In this document: piece after piece, positions 10,471-20,985 of the stretch | Layout: every line of letters starts with the position of its first letter | Position numbering within the stretch: position 1 is the first letter of the stretch | Source of the DNA: an uncultured delta proteobacterium | Lineage (GTDB): Bacteria; Myxococcota_A; UBA9160; UBA4427 | Direction of reading: 5' to 3' | Assembly: GCA_963822965.1 (NCBI GenBank) | Contig: CAWGJT010000005.1 | Coordinates: 1,376,001-1,440,000 of the forward strand | DNA length: 64,000 nucleotides | Program-made: the position numbers and the translations under genes | The notes under the pieces: generated by a model | Databases searched by the model: none | Seen by the model: the letters and a program-made list of their open reading frames with translations, nothing else | What the model was told of the DNA's origin: nothing

Positions 10471-10805
10471 CTCGAAGCCTTCGTAAGCCAGGAAGATGAT
10501 CATCCCGCCTGCGGCCAGTTGCAGCGGCGGCGACCATGAGCCTGGAGCGATTTGGGAGGCGTTGATGCCAACGGCACCGACGCCGACGAACAACAGCAGG
10601 ATCGCCAGCTTCAGTCCAACGATCCAAATCTCCGCTTTGCCGATCAACCCGGCGTTGAGCGGGTTCATGCCGGCAATCGCGACGACGGCGAGACTGATCA
10701 GCGCGTGTTTGCCAAGCCCCTGCCAGGCCTGCGGCAGAAACGTCGCACCGTAACTGCCGAATGCGTACGCGTACAGCGACAGCATCACCACGTAACTCAG
10801 CCACA
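10471..10805 (-). pseudogene. APC-family amino-acid permease, internal fragment
   Basis: WLSYVVMLSLYAYAFGSY...GGMIIFLAYEGFE. Confidence 0.75.
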
Positions 10806-10811
10806 GAGGAT

Positions 10812-11473
10812 AAGTATCATAAGGGGATGGCGTCTGCGGGCAGCGACGTAAGTCCCCGAGACCAGACAGGTTGGTGCCTCCCGGCCCCGTTGGACATCCT
10901 CGAGTTGGATGAACGACAACCCCCAACGAGAGGAGGCACCGATGGAACGCTACATTGGGATGGACGTTCACGCTGCGAGCTGCACCTTGGCCGTGATCTC
11001 CGAGAAGGGACGCAAGCTCGAGGACTTCCCGGTCGAGACCAACGGCCAGGCGCTGGCGGGCCTCGTGCCTGTGTAGGGAATCATCATGGCAGACTGCCAT
11101 GATGATTCCCCATGGAGGCGGTCCGGATGATCCCGGGCCGCACCTGGCCCACGGCCCCGAGCCCCAAGGTCCGACGGATAAGCTATGCCCCTCCGAAGAA
11201 CCCAACGAAGCGATGGCCGACCGAGGCCCAGATGGAAGGATGGTTCCCACGTTGCCGTGGAGAGCACAACCGCCAACGAATCGCGCTGCGATCGGCTTGC
11301 CCGCGAACCGGGTCTTCGGACCGAGTCACTCGTAGAAGCTCCGCCGCCGCTCCGGTGGAGCCACGAGCACCATCTCTCAACTCGAGAGCGCCCGGCCAGA
11401 ACGGGAGCAGACGCCCGGATCGAAGAATCTGCGGCGATGGGGAAAGTGCGTCTTGCGCTCCGACCCTATGGAA
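10812..11473 (+). mobile_element. IS110-family non-autonomous deletion derivative
   Basis: Same ends as 24450-26139; transposase start MERYIGMDVH disrupted; internal deletion. Confidence 0.9.
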
Positions 11474-11551
11474 GGACGGACAAGTCGCATTCTTGGCGAA
11501 GGTCCGAGTAGGGGCCTTATGTCAATCGCCCTCCGGGGTCCCGGCGACGGG
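11473..11551 (+). repeat. ~80-bp element copy, interrupted at its end by IS110
   Basis: AGGACGGACAAGTCGC...AGGTCCGAGTA-GGGGCC-TTATGTCAATC-GCCCTCCGGGGTCCCGGCGACGGG. Confidence 0.9.
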
Positions 11552-12055
11552 CCAGGACCTGAATAGCCTTCAGTGGAGGACGTCGGAGGCGGGGCAGAAC
11601 CTGGCTTGGGCGAACCGCCTGCTCCGAGCTCGGCGGGACATGGCGCCCTGCTGGCCTTCGGCGAATACATGGGGCCTCTGGCAATCGAAAGCGGGAAACC
11701 CGCCTCGCAGGTCAAATCGAGAAATTGGTCAGCACGGCCTCTGAACAAGCCGTCTCGACCCTATTCTCGAGCAGCTCTGGAGTCCGCTCTGTATCGCGCT
11801 CCGGATGGGCGATACGCGATCGTCTTCGTGAATCTGAGCGAGGGGACTGCCGTGGCGACGTTCCGGATTCCGATCCCACTACGAGGCCTCCACGTCATGG
11901 AATCCGAGCAGCTCGACGAGTCGTCGCGCTACGCCGTAACGTCGTCCCGCCCCAGTTCATCGGACTTGCGAGTGATGCTGCCCGGTCGATCGGTTGGTAT
12001 CGTGCGATTGACCGAGAACTCGTTGCCGGTCGCGAGTCCAGGAATGCAACGATGA
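11552..12055 (+). pseudogene. C-terminal fragment of an unknown (possibly glycoside-hydrolase-like) protein
   Basis: Open frame starts at the repeat; ...YRAPDGRYAIVFVNLS...LPGRSVGIV; stop overlaps next start. Confidence 0.4.
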
Positions 12056-13200
12056 GTTCGCCCAACCCGAAAGTCTGTGTCATCACGAATATCATTCCCC
12101 AATACAGGGTCGAGTTCTTCAATCGCATCGCTCGAAATGAGGTTGCTCGACTGACGATCTGTTGCCAGTCCCATATACCAGGCCTGAACATCGAATCGAG
12201 GGCGCACGAACTGGATTCGAGAATCGAGGTCGTCGACGTTCCCTTCCTGTCTCTCTCCCGAGAGCGATTGGCGTGGCAGTTCATTCCCATGAGGCTTCTC
12301 GCGGCGGACTTCGATCTGTTCTTGGTAACGGCCAATCCGAGAGTGCTATCGACGGTTGTCTGGTCTTTCCTGCTCAAGATGTTGAACAAGAAGGTGGTCG
12401 GATGGGGCCAAGTGAACAGCGGTAGCCAGAACTCGAACCTTGGACGGCTAAGGCTCTTCTGGTGGAATCGGCTGGATGCGCTTTTCGTCTACACGAGCGC
12501 CGAAGCGAAGTCGATGTCCGAAGGTGGATACAGAGGCATCTGTATCGGCATGAACAATGGACTGGATCAGGACCTGATCGACGATGCTGCATCGAAATGG
12601 TCGCCCGATCGCCTGGGGGATTGGCAGCGAGAACAGCACGTCGATCCACACAGGATGATCCTTTCATGCGCGCGGCTGGATCCGAAGAACCGATACGATC
12701 TGATTCCGCAGGCGATGTACGAGTTGGCGGAACGCCTTCCCGACCTGCAATGGTGCATCATTGGTGATGGCGTCGAGCGAGACCGGCTCGAATCAATGGT
12801 GTCTGAACTGGGGCTGATGGGAAGAGTGAAGTTTCTGGGGTCCATCTATGAGGAGGAGGATCTCGCACCCTGGTTCATGTCTGCGCGAGCACTCGTCCAC
12901 CCAGGCAAGATCGGTCTGAGTCTCCTCCATGCCTTCGGCTACGGCTGTCCTGTCGTGACGAACGGCGACATCGGGGCGCACACGCCGGAAATTGCCGCTT
13001 TTCGCGTTGGGGAAACGGGGCTTCTCTTCAATGAGAAGGACCCTGGAGCGCTTGCCGCGGCGATCGGTGCCATCGTAAGCTCGCCGGAATCTCGAGAGCG
13101 GATGTCACGGTGTGCAATCCGGGTGGCGAGGGAAGACTTCAATGTCGGCGTCATGGTGGAAAGGTTCGGTCAATTGGTCGATGCAGTCCTGTCGACCTGA
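12052..13200 (+). CDS. glycosyltransferase family 4
   Basis: TNIIPQYRVEFF; ARLDPKNRYD, IIGDG and GLSLLHAFGYGCPVV motifs. Confidence 0.9.
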   Translation: MSSPNPKVCVITNIIPQYRVEFFNRIARNEVARLTICCQSHIPGLNIESRAHELDSRIEVVDVPFLSLSRERLAWQFIPMRLLAADFDLFLVTANPRVLSTVVWSFLLKMLNKKVVGWGQVNSGSQNSNLGRLRLFWWNRLDALFVYTSAEAKSMSEGGYRGICIGMNNGLDQDLIDDAASKWSPDRLGDWQREQHVDPHRMILSCARLDPKNRYDLIPQAMYELAERLPDLQWCIIGDGVERDRLESMVSELGLMGRVKFLGSIYEEEDLAPWFMSARALVHPGKIGLSLLHAFGYGCPVVTNGDIGAHTPEIAAFRVGETGLLFNEKDPGALAAAIGAIVSSPESRERMSRCAIRVAREDFNVGVMVERFGQLVDAVLST

Positions 13201-13275
13201 TTGACAAGGACAGGACCCCCCGAATCATCGGATTCGCGACCTCGACGCAAGCGTCTCCGAATTGTCTTGGTTGCG

Positions 13276-13357
13276 CCCCGGCGCCGTGACCCCGGAGGGG
13301 AGATTGACACAACAACACTACCCGGACGTTCAGCCAAAGCGGGGCTTATTCGGCCTG
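13276..13357 (-). repeat. ~80-bp element, inverted copy
   Basis: Reverse complement CAGGCCGAATAAGCCCCGCTTTGGCTGAACGTCCGGGTA-GTGTTG-TTGTGTCAATC-TCCCCTCCGGGGTCACGGCGCCGGGG. Confidence 0.85.
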
Positions 13358-13643
13358 GGCTCCGATGTTGTGGGTCCGGATGTAGTACGGCACTCCTGCC
13401 CAGGTTCTTCACGACCTGCCACCAGCGCGGCGGCTTGGGCCGGTAGAAGTACTCGGTGGAGCAGACCGCGCGCATGGACTCGATGTCGGCGTCTGCAATG
13501 TCGAAGCACGCCAGCAGGTGGATCTCGTGGCCCAGACCTCGAAGGCCGACGAGAACGTCGTAGATCGAGGTCGACCAGCCGCAATGGGTGGGATACGGCG
13601 GCAGCGGGCTCACGATCAGGATCCGAAGCGGCGCGCGATCCAT
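13358..13643 (-). pseudogene. glycosyltransferase, N-terminal fragment
   Basis: LRILIVSPLPPYPTHCGW...GHEIHLLAC; truncated near the repeat. Confidence 0.65.
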
Positions 13644-13801
13644 CGCTCAGCGGATGTCCTCGAAGTGACTGAACGGATCGATCGGGGCCGCCCGGAGGAT
13701 CTCCACGCGGGACGCAGTTCAGTGACTTCGGGTGATGAGCATCGCGTATTCGGGATTCGGGTGCGCCGACCCGCACACGACCCGAGACTGCGCGGGAGGA
13801 T

Positions 13802-14463
13802 AAGCATCATAAGGGGATGGCGTCTGCAGCCAACGACGTAAGCCCCCGAGATCAGATGGGTTGGTGCCTCCGGTCCCCGTTGGACATCCTCGAGTTGGAT
13901 GAACGACAACACCCAACGAGAGGAGGCACCGATGGAACGCTACATCGGGATGGACGTTCACGCTGCGAGCTGCACGCTGGCCGTGATCTCCGAGAAGGGA
14001 CGCAAGCTCGAGGACTTCCCGGTCGAGACCAACGGCCAGGCGCTGGCGGGCCTCGTGCCTGTGTGGGGAATCATCATGGCAGACTGCCATGATGATTCCC
14101 CATGGAGGCGGTCCGGAGGATCCCGGGCCGCACCTGGCCCACGGCCCCGAGCCCCAAGGTCCGACGGATAAGCTATGCCCCTCCGAAGAACCCAACGAAG
14201 CGATGGCCGACCGAGGGCCAGATGGAAGGATGGTTCCCACGACCCCGTGGAGAACACAACCGCCAACGAATCGCGCTGCGATCGGCTTGCCCGCGAACCG
14301 GGTCTTCGGACCGAGTCACTCGTAGAAGCTCCGCCGCTGCTCCGGTGGAGCCACGAGCACCATCTCTCAACTCGAGAGCGCCCAGCCAGAGCGGGAGCAG
14401 ACGCCCGGATCGAAGAATCTGCCGCGATGGGGAAAGTGCGTCTTGCGCTCCGACCCTATGGAA
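13802..14463 (+). mobile_element. IS110-family non-autonomous deletion derivative, followed by partial repeat (14463-14486)
   Basis: Near-identical to 10812-11473. Confidence 0.9.
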
Positions 14464-14504
14464 GGACGGACAAGTCGCATTCTTGGGCACCCCGTAGGCA
14501 GATC

Positions 14505-15917
14505 TTACGCGGGAGGTTGCAGAGTCGGCGACTCTGCCCTCTTTGGGATTTCTTGGATCAGACGCCGCAGTTTCCCGCGCGCCGTCAACGGGATCTCATC
14601 CACGATCTTCGTCTGGATCTCCAGCTCATCGCCGACTTTTCTCAAGTAGGCTTTGACTAATTCGGCACAGTCATTTTCGCCAAATCGTGGAGTGACCATC
14701 AAGCGAATCTCGAGAACGCCAGGTTGGCACTGAAAGTATTGATAGCGAACGACGTTCTCGAAGATCTTTCCGTGCATGTTGAGAGCCGCAGGAGAGATTT
14801 GTGCACCGTTCTTTCCAATGACGTATTCCTGCTTCCATCGACCTTGCACTTGATCGAAGCGATCAAAGTTGCGTCCGCAATCGCATCTCGATGGAACCTT
14901 TCGAGCGAGGTCCTCGGTGCGATAACGAATCAATGGAAGGCATCGATTGATCAAACCGGTTCCTACAAGTTCCCCCCGCTCCCCATCTTCCTTGATCAAG
15001 TTTTTATTTTCATCGATGAATTCGAGAACGCCGTAATCTGGAAAGCTATGGTACGCAGAAGAAATCTCGCATTCTCCTGCCAAGATGATTCGCTCACTAT
15101 GCCCATACCAAGAGAAGGCGCGGCAGCCCAATGCCGATTCGATGATCTCCCGCTGATCTCGAAATAACGCCTCAGATCCAAGCAATACAGCTCTTAGCCC
15201 CAAAGAGTCTATGTCGACGCTATTGCGGAGCACATAGTTTGCAAGGATTGCGATTGCAGAGGGATACCCATGCAAATAGCTTGGGGAAAATTGCTTCATG
15301 CATGCAATGTAATCTCGAAGATTATCATCGGTCATGTGAAAGGGTGAAAATTGGATCTCGTTGTAGATCGGGTTGAACTGCCAGTAGACGCCATGATCGC
15401 TATTCCGAAACTCAACTCCCCGAAACGTGGCTTTACGATGCCGTGGTGTATATTCGACACTTTCCCACATTCGATGCAAAAATCCCCACTCGGTCGAGGC
15501 CGATGCATCATCGAGGTAGAACGTCAATTGGTTTCCTGAAGTGCCTCCCGTAGAGCACTCGTAATGGGGAATCTGGTTGAACGAGTCGGGCAGATAGTGG
15601 GCTAGGTCATCGAGAAGCATCTGCTTGCTGAGAAAGGGGAAGGCCTTCAGTGCTTCAAAGGGCGCGAGCCTTGAGACCACGGAGCGAAGATTTCGATATG
15701 CTGGAACCTGCTCTGTCGCAAACCCCAAGATCTTTCGAAGCTCGGCCTCTTGATAGCTGCGGAGCTCTTCGCGGTTTGCATAACGAATCTTTTCTTTGCG
15801 TCGCAATGTCGCCTTGTAGGATTTTCCAGCGAACAGTGAAAATGGTAGCCAGGCCACTGGTCGTTTGATTACCGGTGGCAACGATTCATATAGCTGCCTC
15901 TTGAACGAGAAACCCAT
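14505..15917 (-). CDS. phenylacetate-CoA ligase/CapK-like protein
   Basis: STGGTSG, LHGYPSA, WYGHSER and PLIRYRTED motifs. Confidence 0.85.
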   Translation of the reverse strand: MGFSFKRQLYESLPPVIKRPVAWLPFSLFAGKSYKATLRRKEKIRYANREELRSYQEAELRKILGFATEQVPAYRNLRSVVSRLAPFEALKAFPFLSKQMLLDDLAHYLPDSFNQIPHYECSTGGTSGNQLTFYLDDASASTEWGFLHRMWESVEYTPRHRKATFRGVEFRNSDHGVYWQFNPIYNEIQFSPFHMTDDNLRDYIACMKQFSPSYLHGYPSAIAILANYVLRNSVDIDSLGLRAVLLGSEALFRDQREIIESALGCRAFSWYGHSERIILAGECEISSAYHSFPDYGVLEFIDENKNLIKEDGERGELVGTGLINRCLPLIRYRTEDLARKVPSRCDCGRNFDRFDQVQGRWKQEYVIGKNGAQISPAALNMHGKIFENVVRYQYFQCQPGVLEIRLMVTPRFGENDCAELVKAYLRKVGDELEIQTKIVDEIPLTARGKLRRLIQEIPKRAESPTLQPPA

Positions 15918-15935
15918 GGAACTCCCTCGGACCGA

Positions 15936-17192
15936 GGATCTTGCCCCGGTAAAGTGGACACGGGGTTAAGCGGCGGTTTCCATTCTCTCATATTCATCGG
16001 GCGAGCGGTAGCCGATCGTGGAGTGGAGACGCGTTCGGTTGTAGAAGCCCTCGATGTACTCGAAGACGGCGAGCCGAGCCTCCTCCCGGGTGTAGAAGTC
16101 GAAGTGGTAGAGCCACTCGGTCTTGAGGGTGTGGAAGAAGCTCTCGGCGACAGCGTTGTCGGCGCAGCGGCCGGGCTTGCTGACGCTGCAGTGCATCTGG
16201 AAGCGGTCGAGCCTTCCCTGGTACTCGGTGCTGAGGTAGACGCTGCCGCGGTCCGTGTGATGGATGAGGCCGGGCCTTGGGTTTCGGATCGTCACCGCGA
16301 GGTCGAGGGCTTCGAGGGCGAGATGCTGTCGCGTGTGGTGCGCGGTGGCGTAGCCGACGACCTTGCGCGAGAAGAGGTCGATCAGCACGGCCAGGTAGAG
16401 CCAGCCCTCACGGGTTCGGATGTGCGTGATGTCGCCGACCCAGACGCGATCCAGCGCCTCGCTGTGGAAGTGGCCGTCGACGAGGTTGGGCGGCGCCGGG
16501 AGCTCGGCCCGCACAGTCGCGGTGCGCTTGAAGCGCTGCGTGGCGCAGCCCCAGAGCCCCTCCCACTGCATGAGGCGAGCCACCCGCTTGCGCCCGACGC
16601 GGGTCCCCTCGGTGCGCAGCGCGGCGTGGATGCGCGGAGCCCCGTAGGTCTCTCGGCTGGCCTCGTGGACCTCGCGGATCCGCTCGACGAGCTGGGCATC
16701 GTCTCGTTCCCGCGGGCTGGGCTGACGCTGGCACCAGGCGTAGTCGCCGCTGCGGGAGACCTTCAGCACTCGGCACATCATGCCTACTCGGAAGGTCTCC
16801 CGATACGCGTGGACGAACCGGAACTTCATTTCTGGTCGTCCGTGAAGTAGGCCAGTGCTTTTTTCAGGATGTCCCGTTCCTCCCGGGCATCCCGAAGCTC
16901 CTTCTCGAGCTGCTGGATGCGGGCCGCATCGCCGCTGGCGTTCCCCTTGCCGGGGAACGCGCCTCGCTTCTTCTCTTCGAGCTGCTTCTTCCAGTACTGC
17001 AGCAGGCTTCGCGCAATCCCGAGGTTCTGGGCGACTTCGGTGAGCGTCTTGCCCTCCTGCACGAGCCGCACCGCATCGCGTTTGGACTCGGGCGTGAAGG
17101 AGCGCCGGACCCGGGTGGGTCTTCTCTTCGGCGTGGAACACCTCGATGGTCCTTCGACCTATTCTAGGTGTCCACTTTTCGGGGCAAGGTCA
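15936..17192 (-). mobile_element. IS3-family insertion sequence (orfA ~17141-16826, orfB ~16829-15966)
   Basis: IRs CTTGCCCCG..AAAGTGGACAC; 3-bp CGA duplication (15933-35 and 17193-95); WVGDIT, HTDRGS and DNAVAESFF motifs. Confidence 0.95.
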
Positions 17193-17199
17193 CGACGCT

Positions 17200-18573
17200 C
17201 TAGCCAACGTTTAGATCCGGCCATCCAAAATGAGGCTTGAATCCGCCAGGAACCAAGGATGCAATCTCGCCGATGGCTTGAGTAGCGTCGGATTTGCTTT
17301 CAGATACCACGATTGCATCCAATGGCGTGGTGGCAATGGGCCAGCGATGGCTTTCGAAGGCTTGTCGGATCATGGGGATTTGATCCACGTCTACTCCCAT
17401 CAATCGAGCGGCGACGGCATCGACAATGGCCGGGTTGTCTCCCCCGAGCAACACTTGTGCCTCAGCGGGTTCGGGGCAAAGCGGCCCGTTGCCTTGTCCT
17501 CCGATGATGCCGTCTACGATGGCGAGATACCTCTTTGGGGAGTCTGCGTTTTTCCAAGAGCCATCGGTGTTTCCATACAGCAGGGCGCGATTCAAATCCA
17601 AAACCATGCGCCAACAGGTATCGTTACCAGACCAATCTCCGCCACGGATCGTTTTCTGGCTGTCCCCGAGGAGTCGAATTCCGGTGTTTCGCATCTTCCG
17701 GTACGCCCAAGTTCCCAGGCCAGGTACCGATAGGGCGATCTTTTGACCAGCTCGCTTCAGTGAAATTTCGAGCTGTTGGGCCAGCGAATGCCCCGGGAAT
17801 TCATCACCTCCTGCAGTCGAGCTTCCCTGTACGAAATGTGGCAACCAGTTCTTGTCGCCGGTGATTCCCACGAGGTTTTTCAAGCAGCAGGTGATTCCCG
17901 TCTTCTTATGGGTTTTTAGTTTGGGAACATTAATGAAAAGATCGCAGGCCATCGGGGTGCCCGCGAGCAGGTACTCCTGCAAGTCGCCTCGGTGGTGAGC
18001 ATTGATGACCTGGGTATCGTAGTCGGCTCCGTAATAGCGGCCTTCGCCCGGGTGTCCATAGAATAGACTGTCTTTTCCCAAATCTAATTGGACGTAACCT
18101 CTCGGGTCTTCGGAGTTTGGAATCCGATCGACAACGACACCCTCTTTGCGAATCCAAAGCTCACGTCTCAGGTCAATTAGTTCAAGGTTGAGATCTGGCC
18201 AACGGGCTCGCAAGCTTTCGAGCGAATCGGTGAGTGCGCCTCGGGCCATGATCCCGTCGAAATCCGCATAGGTATTTGGCGCATCACAGATAGCGATGTG
18301 TCCACGTCCACGCATCATTTCGGCAAGTTTTTCCAGAATGCAAATCAGCACTACGGGATGAGTGATCAGCGGAAGCCACACATCGGGCTCATACGGATGG
18401 GATTCCTCGACCCAGTTCGGTTTGACGACGATCAGGCGTGAGGGATCTCCCTCGCGCAGCATCGAACTGATTTCTGGGTGTGTCTCCAAGACCGTCTGAA
18501 TGAATTCGCGGATTGCCCCTACGTTTTCGTAAGAAGAAATTTTCGCAATGATCGGAAAGGGCATGGTTCTCAC
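17200..18573 (-). CDS. DUF362-domain protein
   Basis: VVKPNWV, THP, INVPKLKTHKKTGIT..LKNLVG and DGIIGGQGNGP motifs. Confidence 0.9.
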   Translation of the reverse strand: MRTMPFPIIAKISSYENVGAIREFIQTVLETHPEISSMLREGDPSRLIVVKPNWVEESHPYEPDVWLPLITHPVVLICILEKLAEMMRGRGHIAICDAPNTYADFDGIMARGALTDSLESLRARWPDLNLELIDLRRELWIRKEGVVVDRIPNSEDPRGYVQLDLGKDSLFYGHPGEGRYYGADYDTQVINAHHRGDLQEYLLAGTPMACDLFINVPKLKTHKKTGITCCLKNLVGITGDKNWLPHFVQGSSTAGGDEFPGHSLAQQLEISLKRAGQKIALSVPGLGTWAYRKMRNTGIRLLGDSQKTIRGGDWSGNDTCWRMVLDLNRALLYGNTDGSWKNADSPKRYLAIVDGIIGGQGNGPLCPEPAEAQVLLGGDNPAIVDAVAARLMGVDVDQIPMIRQAFESHRWPIATTPLDAIVVSESKSDATQAIGEIASLVPGGFKPHFGWPDLNVG

Positions 18574-18724
18574 TCGCCAGGAAATCCGGGAACCTATTCT
18601 AACCTTCCTTCAATGGAGATTGCTTTGCTAGATCATCAAGGATGACGAGCCCGTGAGACCTTTCCCCTCCTCTCCCCGATTAGGGTATGACGGGGGAAAA
18701 CGTATAGAAATCGGGGGGATGGAC

Positions 18725-18800
18725 TGGAGCCGACGAGCGGATTCGAACCGCTGACCTGCTCATTACGAATGAGCTGCTCTACCAGCTGAGCTACGTCGGC
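18725..18800 (-). tRNA. tRNA-Thr(CGT)
   Basis: GCCGACGTAGCTCAGCTGGTAGAGCAGCTCATTCGTAATGAGCAGGTCAGCGGTTCGAATCCGCTCGTCGGCTCCA; complete cloverleaf with CCA. Confidence 0.97.
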
Positions 18801-18844
18801 ACGCCGATGGGCGACCGCGCATTCCAACCACGTTGCTTGAGGAT

Positions 18845-19580
18845 AAGCATCATAAGGGGATGGCGTCTGCGGGCAGCGACGCAAGTCCCCGAGACCAGAT
18901 AGGTTGGTGCCTCCCGGCCCCGTTGGACATCCTCGAGTTGGGACAACGACAACCCCCAACGAGAGGAGGCACCGATGGAACGCTACATCGGGATGCACGT
19001 TCACGCCGCGAGCTGCACGCTGGCCGTGATCTCCGAGAAGGGACGCAAGCTCGAGGACTTCCCGGTCGAGACCAACGGCCAGGCGCTGGCGGGCCTCGTG
19101 CCTGTGTAGGGAATCATCATGGCAGACTGCCATGATGATTCCCCATGGAAGCGGTCCGGATGATCCCGGGCCGCAAGCACCTGGTCTTCGAGGAGGGCCT
19201 GTAGAGCGCCTGGCTCTACGAGACGCTGCGTCCACAAGTCGACGAGCTCGTGGTCGCTGGGATCACGGAGAGCCGGGGACTGAAGAGCGACCAGCGAGAC
19301 GCCTACGCGCTGGCCGAGAAGCTGCGGGTGGGCAACCTCGAGAAGAGTGTCTTCAAGGCGCCTCGGGAGTTCACACGGCTGCGCGAGCTCTCGCGGATCC
19401 ACATGACGTTGGTCGGCGACGTCGTGCGGGCGCAGTCGAGGCTCAAGAGCTTGTACCGCGGCCACGCAGAGCGTGGCTGCGCTTGGCGAGCTTCGCTCGC
19501 CCGCGCTCCCGCGGCGTTCCGGTCTCGGGCGATAACGTGTATGGGATGCGTCATCGCGAAGCGTGGCAGGCTCAGCTGAC
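18845..19580 (+). mobile_element. IS110-family element, 3'-truncated, pseudogenised transposase
   Basis: Left end and transposase 5' half homologous to 24580-25080, with two small insertions. Confidence 0.85.
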
Positions 19581-19639
19581 GAGGCCGAACCCACCCATTT
19601 TCGCGAACCATTCAGATCGCGGAGGACCGGGCGCACCCC

Positions 19640-19950
19640 TTCGAGAGCTTCGCAGATGTAGGTCCAGCCGTGGTTGCGCTTGCCGACGACCGACTCGTCC
19701 GAGGTGAAGACGTCGTCGAACAAAACCTCGTTCGTGCACTCGTCTCTGATGGTGTGGACGGGGCGAATCGTCACGCCGGGTTGCTGCATCGGGATGAGAG
19801 AGAGCGTCATCCCCTTGTCCTTCGAGCTTCGGTCGGTGCGTGCGCCGAGCCAGCAGTCGTCGGCGAGGTGCGCGGAGGTGGTCCAGGTGTTCTGCGCGTT
19901 GAGCATCCAGCCACCCTCGACGCGATCCGCGCGCAGCTGCATGAAGGTCC
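19640..19950 (-). pseudogene. acyl-CoA dehydrogenase, internal fragment
   Basis: LRADRVEGGWMLNAQNTWTTSAH...ARTD...TNEVLFDDV...GWTYICEAL; begins at a degenerate repeat (19953-19995). Confidence 0.75.
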
Positions 19951-19995
19951 TCCATAAGAGGAACAACGCCTCACGGGAGGATGTCTTAGTCGTGA

Positions 19996-20914
19996 GGGAC
20001 CTAGAGATCTACCGGCCAAGTGTCGCGGCCGACTACGACCCCTTCGAACCGTTCGAGGAACCCGGCGGAAGAGACAAGAACGGTGCTGTCTTGAGCTACT
20101 ACTGGCTGTTGGATGACGCGGATCTGCCGATCTTGATCGATTGGCTCCTTGCCCCGGGTTTCATACCGGCCTTTGCGTTCGATCTCGTTACGTACTTCGC
20201 GTCTCTCCCGGTCGTCCCGCCTATCGCCGCGATCCACTCGATTGACGGATGGGAGACCCTGGAGTCGGAAGGTCAAGCGCCTGCTCCTCGACCTGCGGAA
20301 AGTCAGGACATCGAGATCGAGTTCGCTGGTACCTCTTTCGAGAGGCGTACATCTCGGTCGGACCGAGAGGGAGTGCTGTGGCTGGATCTTTCGAGCGAAG
20401 CGTTGCAGCAGGCTTCCGCCGGCGTCACTCAGCTCAACCTTGAGCTGAGCGTCGAGGGCAAGCCGGCACTTCCGGTCCGAATCGCAGGCCGCGCTTTACT
20501 GGATCTAGCAGAGCCGGCCATTCAGGGGGATCGCGATCCCGTTCGGGTCTGGCTCAAGCTGAGGTCCATGCCCGCATGGGAAGCCCAGCAGGCGCACATC
20601 CATGCGCAGCTTGAAGAGGCTCGTCACGGCTACGCCAAGGGCGATGCAGACGCGCTCGCGTCGCTTCGTGCTGGCAAGTCGTCGGTTTCTCTACCCGACG
20701 GAACGGTCGTCGACTGGCGCGGAGGTGCGCCCGCTCGGCCGCCTCGGGCCAGAGCTCGCCTCGACCTCGAGGGCGGCGGCTCGTTGACTGCGGGCGAGCA
20801 GCTGATGATTCGAGTGCGTGTGGAGAACACAGGGAAGGGCGATATCCGGCGTCTCGTCGCCACTACCGAGTCGACGCTGCCAGGCGCGGACGGGCTTCCC
20901 ATCCCGTTCGGGAA
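19996..20914 (+). pseudogene. fragment of a large exported protein with Ig-like C-terminal segment
   Basis: Open frame ending LTAGEQLMIRVRVENTGKGD...PFGKI at the repeat. Confidence 0.4.
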
Positions 20915-20972
20915 GATAGGAAGGATGAGCCGGGTTTCTGACTCACGTCCGAGTAGGGGTGTTATGCGCATT
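20915..20972 (+). repeat. divergent repeat copy
   Basis: GATAGGAAGGATGAGCCGGGTTTCTGACTC-ACGTCCGAGTA-GGGGTG-TTATGCGCATT. Confidence 0.7.
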
Positions 20973-20985
20973 GCCTCGCCCTTCG

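Noticed and set aside
2799..13357. CRISPR array or integron attC array interpretation of the repeats
   Set aside because: Spacing is irregular (hundreds to thousands of bp), orientations are mixed, there are no cas or intI genes, no attC RYYYAAC/GTTRRRY boxes, and junctions cut genes internally.
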